A DNA stretch of 64,000 nucleotides, taken from an uncultured Pirellulales bacterium. Lineage in GTDB: Bacteria > Planctomycetota > Planctomycetia > Pirellulales > CAYNRE01. The notes under the pieces are model-generated. The model made no database searches. It worked only from the letters and a program-made list of their open reading frames with translations, and was not told the origin of the DNA. Position 1 is the first letter of the stretch; every line of letters begins with the position of its first letter. Below, piece after piece: positions 8,877-17,336 of this stretch. Location of the stretch: positions 460,371-524,370 of the forward strand of contig CAYNRE010000005.1 of the NCBI GenBank assembly GCA_964399535.1, in the 5' to 3' direction. Position numbers and translations under genes: made by a program.

Positions 8877-10775
8877 ATGTTCGAATCGATTTACTCGCTG
8901 CTGGTCCTGGTGGGCATCGCCGTGTCGGCCTACGGCCTGGGACGTCCGCTGCTGGTGCGGTGGATCGACGAAGGCGAGGACCCGTTGGCCGAAACGGTCT
9001 GGTGCCTGGCCGTGGGCCTGGTGGTTGCGGGGCTGGCGCTGCTGTTGCTGGGGTTGGTGGGGCTGCTCTATCGACCGCTGTTGATCGCTTTGACCAGTGC
9101 CCTGTTTTGCTGGGGCCTGACCGAAGTGGCCCAGGCCTGGTTCACGCTGCGGTTCCATCGCTTGTCGACCAACCCCGAGCCCTGGTCGCTCGACGGCCAA
9201 CCCCCCAGCCAACCCCCGGCCATGGTTCGCCGGGGTGCCTGGGGGCTGGCGCTGGCCATCGTGACATTCTGCCTGGTCACTGCGCTGGCCCCGCCCACGG
9301 CGGGCGATGCGCTTTGCTATCACCTGGAACTTCCCAAGCAGTTCCTCCGCGAGCGGGGACTGTTCTTCTCGCCCGAGCAAGAGAACTGCACCTACCCGCT
9401 GTTGGCCGAAATGTGGTTCCTCTGGGGCTTAGCGCTCGACTCAGGGGTGGCGGCCCAACTGGTCCATGCCGGCCTGGGCGTGCTGTGGGCCCTGGCCGCC
9501 GTGGTGCTGGCGACCCCGCTGCTCTCGCGCGGTTGGGCCTGGCTGGTGGGCTTGTTCGTGTTGGCCGTGCCCGGGGTGTCGAACCAAATGACGGCGCCGC
9601 TCAATGATTTGGCCGCCGCGCTGTTCTGCACCTTGGCCTTGGCCGCCTGGCGGCGCGCCCTGGCGGTAGACCAACCGCACTGGTTCGCCCTGGCCGGGCT
9701 AATGCTTGGAGCGGCGTGCGGCATCAAGTATCTGGCCCTGCTGTTCGGCCTGGCCTGGCTCGTCACGGCCGGCCTGGCCTATGCCTCGCAGCCCCAACGC
9801 CGGCCGCTTCTGCGGCAAGGGTTGGCAATCGTCTGCGGCCTGACCCTGGCGGTAAGCGGCACCTGGTACGCGCGGGCCTGGTGGCATCGGGGCAACCCGG
9901 TGTACCCCTTTTTTTCCTCGGCGAGCACCACGCTGCGACCGAGCCTGCCCAAGACCAAACGGCCCCTGGCACTTCAGCCCGATTCGATGGCGCTGTCTGC
10001 CTGGCTGCTGACCATGGAGCCGCAGCGATTCGGCGGGCGGGGGCACCAGTGGGGTCCCTGGCCGCTGATGGTGCTTCCGGTGCTGGTGCTTTGCCGCCGG
10101 CTGCGGGGTCTGCCCGGCCTGTTGGGGCTTGCGGCCCTGTACGCGCTCGGCTGGTACCTGCTGCGGCAAAACTTGAGGTTCCTGCTGCCCATTTTGCCGC
10201 TACTGGCCACGGCGGCTGTGTGGCTTTGGATCGAACTGCTCCGATTTCCCACGGGACCGCGGTGGATCATCACCGGGCTGCTGACCGGGGCCCTGCTCTG
10301 GGGTGGAGTGATTAGCGGATGGCGCACGCGCGATACCTGGGCCGTGGCGCTCGGCTGGGAAGCTCGCGAGGCCTTTCTACGCCGCACCGAGCCCACTTAC
10401 GCGGCAGCCGAGCTGGCCAACAGCATGTGGAGCGGTGCGCCCCAGATGCGGCTCTTGAGCCAGGACTACCGCTCGTATTACTTCGCCTGCCCCGTCACTC
10501 GCGAAGTGGTGTACCGGCACCGCACCCGCTACCACGACCAGGTGCGCCAAGGCAGCGACCTGGTCGCCCAGTTGCGTCGCGACGGGTTTACCCACCTGCT
10601 CGTGGCCAGCGCGCAGGGAGAATCGGGCATTCGCTATCAGGACACGCTCGGCCAACTGGTCGAAGCGGCGCGGCGGTCGAGCCCCGATCGACCACCGTTT
10701 CTGACGCTCACCGAATACGAGTTCGCCGACCGCGACGGTGCCCGCCGGCACTACCAGCTGCTGATGCTGCGGTAA
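8877..10775 (+). CDS. GT-C fold polytopic membrane glycosyltransferase (GT39/PMT_2-like)
   Basis: The 632-aa product has about 12 hydrophobic helices in its N-terminal two thirds. An early loop motif (PPTAGDALCYHLELPKQF) is Asp-containing, as in the first-loop motif of GT-C enzymes. The C-terminus is a soluble domain. Confidence 0.7.
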   Translation: MFESIYSLLVLVGIAVSAYGLGRPLLVRWIDEGEDPLAETVWCLAVGLVVAGLALLLLGLVGLLYRPLLIALTSALFCWGLTEVAQAWFTLRFHRLSTNPEPWSLDGQPPSQPPAMVRRGAWGLALAIVTFCLVTALAPPTAGDALCYHLELPKQFLRERGLFFSPEQENCTYPLLAEMWFLWGLALDSGVAAQLVHAGLGVLWALAAVVLATPLLSRGWAWLVGLFVLAVPGVSNQMTAPLNDLAAALFCTLALAAWRRALAVDQPHWFALAGLMLGAACGIKYLALLFGLAWLVTAGLAYASQPQRRPLLRQGLAIVCGLTLAVSGTWYARAWWHRGNPVYPFFSSASTTLRPSLPKTKRPLALQPDSMALSAWLLTMEPQRFGGRGHQWGPWPLMVLPVLVLCRRLRGLPGLLGLAALYALGWYLLRQNLRFLLPILPLLATAAVWLWIELLRFPTGPRWIITGLLTGALLWGGVISGWRTRDTWAVALGWEAREAFLRRTEPTYAAAELANSMWSGAPQMRLLSQDYRSYYFACPVTREVVYRHRTRYHDQVRQGSDLVAQLRRDGFTHLLVASAQGESGIRYQDTLGQLVEAARRSSPDRPPFLTLTEYEFADRDGARRHYQLLMLR

Positions 10776-10934
10776 GCCAGCCGGCTGACCCGGCAGGGTG
10801 CACAAGCCAGGAAACCCTGGCGGGCTCGGCGAGGAAGTGCTGTTGTTGTGCTCGGCGGCGGCGTGGTATAAGCCCCCGCTTGGCCAGGGCCATTGGTGCG
10901 CGCCCTGCCGCGGAATTTTCTCGAGGGCCCGGCC

Positions 10935-11876
10935 ATGGATGGTGGGCGAATCGAACTGGCGACCGCAATGGCGGCGCGGCCCGACGCCGCCACCGGACGT
11001 TGCCAGCTCACGGTGCTGTTGCCGGCCTACAACGAAGCATTGGCCATCGAGTCGGTGCTCGATGAGGTGGTGTCGGCGCTGGCCGATTGCGGGCTGGCGT
11101 TCGAGATCCTGGTTGTCGACGATGGCTCGACCGATCCTACGGCCCAGCGGGTTCGCCAGTTTGCGGCCGACTGTTGGCAATGCCCCGTGCGGCTGGTTGA
11201 ACTGCCCGAGAATCGTGGCGCGGGCGCGGCCCGCAAGGTAGGCGTTCGGGCAGCCCGCGGCGAAATCGTGGTGATGCTCGACGCCGATGGCAGCTACCCG
11301 GCCGCGGCCATCCTTGATTTGTTGGCCTACTTTCCCGCTTACGACCAGGTCAACGGCGCCCGCACCAGCGAGCAGGGCACCTGGCCCTGGCTGCGGGCTC
11401 CGGCCAAGTGGCTCATTCGGCAACTGGCCTGTTACCTCACCGGCAAGCGGATCGCCGATTTAAACACCGGGCTAAAAGCCTTTCGCCGCGACGCCATGCT
11501 CGACTGGCTCTGGGTGGTGCCGGACGGGTTCAGTTGCGTAACGACGATGACGCTGGCCTTTCTGACCAACGGCTACGCGGTGAAATATGTGCCGATCGAC
11601 TACCGACCGCGGATGGGGCGCAGCAAGTTTCACCCCATTCGCGACACGGCGGCCTACCTGGCCACGGTGCTGCGCATCGTGTTGTATTTCCGCCCGCTGA
11701 AGGTATTCCTCCCCTTGGCCACGGCGCTGATGGGGCTGGCCCTGGTAAAAGCCTGGCTCAGTTTCCACTGGACCGGCTCCTGGCAAGAATCGGACGTGGT
11801 GCTGATGACCGGGGGCTTTTTGACCGCCATGCTCGGGCTGTTGGCCGAAGTGATCGTGGCGCATCACCGCCGCTAA
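10935..11876 (+). CDS. Polyprenyl-phosphate sugar synthase-type GT2 (DPM1/GtrB-like) with C-terminal TM helices
   Basis: Motifs: LTVLLPAYNEALAIESVLDEV, EILVVDDGSTDPT, ENRGAGAARKVG, VVMLDADGSYP. Two C-terminal helices follow. The start is ATG 10935 or the upstream start at 10893. Confidence 0.8.
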   Translation: MDGGRIELATAMAARPDAATGRCQLTVLLPAYNEALAIESVLDEVVSALADCGLAFEILVVDDGSTDPTAQRVRQFAADCWQCPVRLVELPENRGAGAARKVGVRAARGEIVVMLDADGSYPAAAILDLLAYFPAYDQVNGARTSEQGTWPWLRAPAKWLIRQLACYLTGKRIADLNTGLKAFRRDAMLDWLWVVPDGFSCVTTMTLAFLTNGYAVKYVPIDYRPRMGRSKFHPIRDTAAYLATVLRIVLYFRPLKVFLPLATALMGLALVKAWLSFHWTGSWQESDVVLMTGGFLTAMLGLLAEVIVAHHRR

Positions 11877-11893
11877 GGGGGAGACCGTTAGCC

Positions 11894-13864
11894 ATGGCGA
11901 CGACGGTCTGGAATCCCGAGCAAACCGGTCCTATGGTGCTGCCGCACCCCAGCGGGCCGCAGGCCGTTTCGCCGCAGGCCGCATTACCCAATGCCGCCGC
12001 GCAGCAGGCCGCGAGGCCGGGCTCGTTTTCGCCCAGCCTACGGAACGCCCCTGCCGACGAGCAAGGCGACCCGAAAACCGCACCGGCCCCGGCAGGCGAA
12101 ACGCTGCCCCGCGATCCGGCGCTACGGGCGCTTTACGCGCGCGCGGCGTTGGCCCAGATTCCAAGATTGCTCACGTCGCTCGATCGCCACCCCTTGCGGC
12201 CCACCTACGGCTGCTTCGACCGCCAGTACTGGCACTACCGCACGGCCGCATTCCCTTCGGGCATGTACCAGGAGGCCGCCTTGCCGTTGGCATTGGTCTA
12301 TCGCCACTGGCTGCCGGGCAACCCCTGGTACCGTCAGGAAGCGGTGCGGCTGTGGGCCGTGGCGGCGATTCATTACGCGGCTCGAAGCAGCCACCGCGAC
12401 GGCTCGTGCGACGACTATTACCCCGCCGAGCGTGCCCTGGGGGCGGCTGTCTTCAGCCTGGCGGCGCTGGCCCGGACCTGTCAGGTGCTCGAACTGCGCG
12501 AGCCGTCGCTGATCGACTTTCTGGAACGGCGCGCCGGCTGGGTCGCCGGACACGGCGAAACCGGACGCCTGGCCAACCACCAGGCCCTGGCCGCTCTGGC
12601 CCTGTGGCATGTGTTCGAGCTCACGGGCAAAGCGCACTGGCTACGGGCCGCGCGCCAGCGGCTCGATGGGCTGCTCGATTGGCAAGATACCGAAGGTTGG
12701 TTCGACGAGTACGGCGGTGCCGACCCGGGGTATCAATCCCTGACCATCGAATGCCTGGCCCGGCTGGCTCGGGCCGGAGCCCATCCTGGTTTGGCAGGGC
12801 CCTTGGTGCGAGCGGTCGAGTTCGCGCGGGCTTTCTTGCACCCCGACGGCAGCTTTGGCGGCCCGTACGGCAGCCGAGGAACCTACCACTTCTTTCCGCA
12901 CGGTTTCGAGTTGCTGGCCGAAAACAACGCGGCGGCCGCGCAACTGGCCGACGGGTTTCTTGCTTGCCTGGCAACCCAGCGAACGGCCTCGTTCGACGAC
13001 GATCGACTGGTGGCTCACCGGCTGGGCAGCTTGATCGAAAGCTATTTGACTTGGAGCCCGCGCCAGCCGCGGCGAGCGGGCGGCCTGGCCGCCCAGCGGT
13101 TTTTCTCCAGCGCCGGCCTGCATGTCATCGCCGGTCGGGATTACCAAACGATCGTTTCCTCGGCCCGCGGCGGAGCCTTGCGCCATCAGCAGGCCGGCAC
13201 CCCCGCCCGAGTGGAACTGGGGCTCGTGCTCGAACTGGCCGATGGCCGGCTGGCGACCAGCGAGTTTCATGATCGCGGGCCGGGCGCGGCGACCGCCGCC
13301 GACACCGCCACCCCGAGTGAGTCCGCGCCCACCGCGGAGTTGCAGCTTCGAGTTCAACGGCCCTTCTGCCGCGCGCGAGCCGAAACGGTCTCGCCCTGGA
13401 AGCAGGCCCTCCTGCACCTGGGCATGAGCGCCGCAGGTCGGTGGCTGCGAACCCTGGCCCGCTGGCTCTTGCAGCGGCGTTTGATTACCGGTCGGCGACC
13501 GTTGCCCATCGACTGGCAGCGAACGCTCACCTGGCAGGCCACGGCCGACGGCGGGCTGAGATCGCTACGTGTCACTGACCGAATCACGCTTCGCTCTCCC
13601 CGTTTGCAGGTGCGGCGGATGGCGTACGTGGCCGATCAACAATTGAGCTACGTGGCGGCCGCCAACGTATTTCAAGAGGCTGCCTTGACCTTGACCGACG
13701 ACCTTTCAGCCTGGGTCGAACCGCTCAACCGCGAGCGGCAGGTCGAGATCGTTCGCGAATTGAATGGCCCCTGGTCGCCCCGCTCGGGCGACGGCCCCCT
13801 GGAACCTCGGCCCACGGACCCGGCCAACGCGTCGGTGAACGCGGCATGTGGAAACAATTGCTGA
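11894..13864 (+). CDS. Conserved-looking hypothetical protein (656 aa), possibly an alpha/alpha-toroid polysaccharide-modifying enzyme
   Basis: ATG 11894 lies 18 nt after the GT2 stop. The composition is protein-like, with YGCFDRQYWHYRTAAF, DGSCDDYYPAERALGAAVFSL, LANHQALAALALWHV, GADPGYQSLTIECLARLA and HPDGSFGGPYGSRGTYHFFPHGFELLA. The repeating helix-hairpin feel is the only basis for the fold guess. Confidence 0.55.
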   Translation: MATTVWNPEQTGPMVLPHPSGPQAVSPQAALPNAAAQQAARPGSFSPSLRNAPADEQGDPKTAPAPAGETLPRDPALRALYARAALAQIPRLLTSLDRHPLRPTYGCFDRQYWHYRTAAFPSGMYQEAALPLALVYRHWLPGNPWYRQEAVRLWAVAAIHYAARSSHRDGSCDDYYPAERALGAAVFSLAALARTCQVLELREPSLIDFLERRAGWVAGHGETGRLANHQALAALALWHVFELTGKAHWLRAARQRLDGLLDWQDTEGWFDEYGGADPGYQSLTIECLARLARAGAHPGLAGPLVRAVEFARAFLHPDGSFGGPYGSRGTYHFFPHGFELLAENNAAAAQLADGFLACLATQRTASFDDDRLVAHRLGSLIESYLTWSPRQPRRAGGLAAQRFFSSAGLHVIAGRDYQTIVSSARGGALRHQQAGTPARVELGLVLELADGRLATSEFHDRGPGAATAADTATPSESAPTAELQLRVQRPFCRARAETVSPWKQALLHLGMSAAGRWLRTLARWLLQRRLITGRRPLPIDWQRTLTWQATADGGLRSLRVTDRITLRSPRLQVRRMAYVADQQLSYVAAANVFQEAALTLTDDLSAWVEPLNRERQVEIVRELNGPWSPRSGDGPLEPRPTDPANASVNAACGNNC

Positions 13865-14754
13865 AGGTATTCTTGACCGCGTTGCTGGTCGGCACGGTTT
13901 ACCTGGCCGCCGACTGGCGGGCGGTACTGCGCTCGCTGGCCAGCCTGCACGGCGTGCCACTCGCCGCGGCGCTGGCCCTCTTCGTGCCGCAAACCATTGT
14001 CTCGGCGCTGCGCTGGCAGGGCTGGGCTTCGCCCGTGCGCCGCTTGAGCTGGGGCGAAGCGATCCGACAAACGCTGGCCTCGTCGGCCGTAAACCTGGTG
14101 GTGCCCGCCAAACTCGGCGACCTTTCCAAAGGGGCCATGCTTACCTCGGGCGACACCAGCCTGGCTGCCCGGGCGACTCAGCTCGTGGTCGGTGAAAAAA
14201 TTGCCGACCTGGCGGCGCTTGCCGCGGTCTTGCTCCTGGGCGGGGCGGCCCAGCTTTGGGGCGCGCCGGTGCTGGGCGCGGCGGCGGGGTGCGCGCTGGG
14301 CGTAGCGGTGGGCCTGTGGGCAGTGCGACGCTGGTTCGGCGGCAACGCCCCGCCGGCACCCGCCGCTCAGGCCGCCCGCTGGCTGTGGTTCGATCTGGCC
14401 ACGTCGTCGCTGCTGTTGTGGTCGCTGCACGTGGCTCAAATCGACCTCTTCTGCCGCGCCGCCGGGGTGGCGGTGCCCTGGATGGTGGCCGCCGCCCGGA
14501 TACCGCTGGCCGTGCTGGCCGGCCTGGTGCCGATCTCGCTTTGGGGCCTGGGCACCCGCGACACGGCGCTGGTGCTGCTATATCAAGACGTGGCCCCGGC
14601 AGCCACGATGGCGGCGGTCGGTTCGCTCACCGCCCTGCGCTACCTGGTGCCGGGCCTGATCGGAATTCCGTTTCTCAGCCAAAGCGTGGCCGCGGCGGGC
14701 GATACGATCCGCCTCCGTCGCAAACAGCGACCCGAACGACGCCGGGCAGCCTAG
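13846..14754 (+). CDS. UPF0104 / lysyl-PG-synthase TM-region-like 'flippase-like' membrane protein
   Basis: ATG 13846 overlaps the upstream gene by 19 nt. The N-terminus (MWKQLLKVFLTALLVGTVYLAADWRAVLRSL), the later motif VVPAKLGDLSKG and about 8 helices resemble this family. Confidence 0.65.
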   Translation: MWKQLLKVFLTALLVGTVYLAADWRAVLRSLASLHGVPLAAALALFVPQTIVSALRWQGWASPVRRLSWGEAIRQTLASSAVNLVVPAKLGDLSKGAMLTSGDTSLAARATQLVVGEKIADLAALAAVLLLGGAAQLWGAPVLGAAAGCALGVAVGLWAVRRWFGGNAPPAPAAQAARWLWFDLATSSLLLWSLHVAQIDLFCRAAGVAVPWMVAAARIPLAVLAGLVPISLWGLGTRDTALVLLYQDVAPAATMAAVGSLTALRYLVPGLIGIPFLSQSVAAAGDTIRLRRKQRPERRRAA

Positions 14755-14767
14755 ATCCGCGCCAAGC

Positions 14768-16384
14768 TCAACGTGTATCCACCGCGGCGGGCTGTTGGGG
14801 CGAGAGGTCGCCGGAAACGATCTCGTACACGAGATAGCCGGGTTTCGCATCGCGCTGAAGCAACCGGCGGAGAGCCTCAGCCGGCAAGCGCTCGACCGGC
14901 GCCAGTTCGGGGCGCACCCACACCAACCAGCGCGCGCCCCGGGCCACCGCTTGCCGCCAGTGATCGGTGAAATCGGGGTGGTCGGGGTCGAGCGCCCAGC
15001 CCGGCCGGTCGCAGTAGTAAAGCAGCTCGGGCGCGGAGCCGTGGACGGCGATGACCGTATCCAGCGGGCGGGCAAGCTGCCGCAGGGCGAGACCGGCCGC
15101 CACCACCGCGCGGTCCTCGGGCGGGGTGAAGAAGGCGGGTCGAACGGTTTCGGCGGCGGCGACCAGCGCTCCGCTGACGACGAGCCCCCAGGCCCAACGC
15201 CGCGGATGTTTGAGCCGGTCGCAGAGCAAATTCCAACCAAGCCCGGTGAGTGCGGCCCCCAGCGGCACCAGCAACACGAAGTAGTAGTTCATTTCGGCGA
15301 ACTTGCGGGGCAGGCCCAACAGGAGCGCCGCGCCCCCCAGCGCCGCCGCTGGCAACCACTGCCGCCGCCCGAGCGCCACTAGCGCGAGGAGCGCGCCGGG
15401 CGGAGTCAGCGTCAACAGCCCCAGATCGCGGGCGACCCCGAACCAGAATCGCGGCGACCACCAATAGTTCAGCGGTTGATCGTGCGCGGCGGTGCTCTGT
15501 CGCCAACTATAGAACACGTGTTCGGCCGTGGCCGAGCCAGGGGCCGACCAACGCCAGGCGGCCCCGTACCAGGCCACCGCCGGTAGCATGGCCAGCGCGG
15601 CCGCGGCAAGCGCCAGGCCCCACCGCTTGTTTGAGGTGGCCGTCTGGTCGCCGACAAACCCTTCGCCGGGCTCAGCGCCCTGGGCCAGCAGTTGGCACCA
15701 CAGCCCAATCCAAACCAGCAGGTACAGCTTGGTCAGTAGCGCGGCGGCTAGGGCCACGATGGCTAGCAGTAGCCAGGCGGGCCGGGTGCATTGTGCGTAC
15801 CGATCGGCCGCGGCGCAAGCAACCAGCATCAGCAGCACGACCCAAGGCTCCAGCATGAAGCTTTGGCCGTAGATCACGCTGACCGGCGCCAGGGCCCAGA
15901 CTAGAAGTGCCGGCCAGGCCACGCGGGGGCCATAGCGATTCCCCAACCAGCCCCCAAGCACGAGCCCAGCCGCCGTGCTTGCCACTGCGGTGAGCACCCG
16001 GCCCCAGGCATCGAGCGAGCCACCTAGTGTGTGCCAGGCCGCCCCCACGGCATAGGCTGGCAGCGGCAACTCGACCAGGTGCCAGCTCCGCTCGGCTCCC
16101 CGAACCACGTCGACCGTGGGGCGCCACCAGGGGGCACGGCCTTCGGCCCAGTTTCGGGCGATCATCGCGTAGACCACGTTCTTGGTGGCGAAGTTGCCCA
16201 CCAGCGGTCGGTTCCAGCCCGGAAGCCGAACCGCCAGGCAGAGCGCGGCGGCCAGCACCAGGCTGCGCGCCGAGAGCCCGGTGCGCGGACCGCCCCCGAA
16301 ACGGCGCCAGGGCGGGCGACTGGGCGGAACCGACAAGCTCGATGGCGCCGGCGGGGCATTGCACCGTGGCTCTGGGGCATCCAT
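14768..16384 (-). CDS. GT-C fold membrane glycosyltransferase (ArnT/GT83- or GT39-like)
   Basis: The 538-aa polytopic protein carries an early motif NFATKNVVYAMIARNWAEG, as in ArnT-like enzymes. The C-terminal soluble domain contains HGSAPELLYYCDRPGW. It is convergent on the upstream operon. Confidence 0.75.
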   Translation of the reverse strand: MDAPEPRCNAPPAPSSLSVPPSRPPWRRFGGGPRTGLSARSLVLAAALCLAVRLPGWNRPLVGNFATKNVVYAMIARNWAEGRAPWWRPTVDVVRGAERSWHLVELPLPAYAVGAAWHTLGGSLDAWGRVLTAVASTAAGLVLGGWLGNRYGPRVAWPALLVWALAPVSVIYGQSFMLEPWVVLLMLVACAAADRYAQCTRPAWLLLAIVALAAALLTKLYLLVWIGLWCQLLAQGAEPGEGFVGDQTATSNKRWGLALAAAALAMLPAVAWYGAAWRWSAPGSATAEHVFYSWRQSTAAHDQPLNYWWSPRFWFGVARDLGLLTLTPPGALLALVALGRRQWLPAAALGGAALLLGLPRKFAEMNYYFVLLVPLGAALTGLGWNLLCDRLKHPRRWAWGLVVSGALVAAAETVRPAFFTPPEDRAVVAAGLALRQLARPLDTVIAVHGSAPELLYYCDRPGWALDPDHPDFTDHWRQAVARGARWLVWVRPELAPVERLPAEALRRLLQRDAKPGYLVYEIVSGDLSPQQPAAVDTR

Positions 16385-16570
16385 GCGATGGCTTTCCTGT
16401 CGTCACCCAGCCGCGGTGGTGTTGCGAGCCAGTGGGCCGAGCAAGTAGCGCAAGGTGGGCAAAAACCCGCCAGCTCGACCCGAGAATCTCGGGAGTTTTT
16501 GCGGATTATTCCGGTTTTTCAACCGAAATATACCGCCAGCGTACCCGTGTCCCCCAACGAGGCTGTCGCC

Positions 16571-17077
16571 ATGTCGCACCGCGGTTCGATTTTCGCCCTG
16601 CTTGCGGTGCTAGCAGTGTCCACGGGTTGCAAGATGTGTGCCAGCCCCTACGACTACTGCGGCCCGGTTTTCGGCAGCGACAGTTGCGCGGAATGCTACA
16701 GCGATGACCCGCGGCGCGGCTCGATTCTCGCCGGCGGCGGATGTAGCGAGTGCGGCCCCGATGGCTGTGAAGACGCGTACCACGACGACGGCGCAACCTA
16801 TAGCGAAGACACCCCGGTTGAAGCACCCTACGAGGGCGAGGTGATCGAACCTGGGCAGCCGGAAGCGGTACCCTACACCGAGGGTTCTTACTCCGACGAA
16901 ACCATCGTCGAAGAAGGCCCCTACGAGTGGGAAATGACCGAACCCGAGTTGCCCGCGCCGCCGGCGACCCGCCAGCAGATTGAAGAGGCCTTCGACGCAT
17001 CGGACGATTCGGCCTCGCTACGGCCGATTCCCGATCCGCGGACCAGCCGCCGCCGCGGCCCGCAGTTGCGCCGCTAA
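16571..17077 (+). CDS. Probable lipoprotein, Cys-rich then strongly acidic
   Basis: The signal peptide plus lipobox-like AVSTGC fits the loose PROSITE lipobox pattern. Three CxxC pairs sit in the first 60 mature residues (CKMC, CAEC, CSEC) plus further Cys residues. An Asp/Glu/Pro/Tyr-rich tail follows. Confidence 0.65.
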   Translation: MSHRGSIFALLAVLAVSTGCKMCASPYDYCGPVFGSDSCAECYSDDPRRGSILAGGGCSECGPDGCEDAYHDDGATYSEDTPVEAPYEGEVIEPGQPEAVPYTEGSYSDETIVEEGPYEWEMTEPELPAPPATRQQIEEAFDASDDSASLRPIPDPRTSRRRGPQLRR

Positions 17078-17336
17078 CGCCCCGACGGCTCCTCGCCGGG
17101 CGAGGTGGCTGAACCCCTCAGGCAGGCGCAAGCGCCACGGCGAATCAAGCCGGCCGGGCGTACTCAGACTGGCATGGATGAGCCGGGCATGTCAGGGCCT
17201 GGTCGCGGCCCGCTTCGCTCCCGCCCCTGGCCCGTGGCGCGAGTTGCAATGCCCCGGGGCATGGGTCAGAATCCCACGGCCCGCCAGGCGAGCCAATTCG
17301 CTCTCCGGCGTGTGATCTGGGGGGGGAGACAACCGG

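Noticed and set aside
17078-17336. A metal-sensing (for example yybP-ykoY-type) riboswitch upstream of the Nramp-like gene.
   Set aside because: I could not find the conserved core sequences of the Mn riboswitch in the 260-nt leader. Only a G-rich SD-like element is evident.
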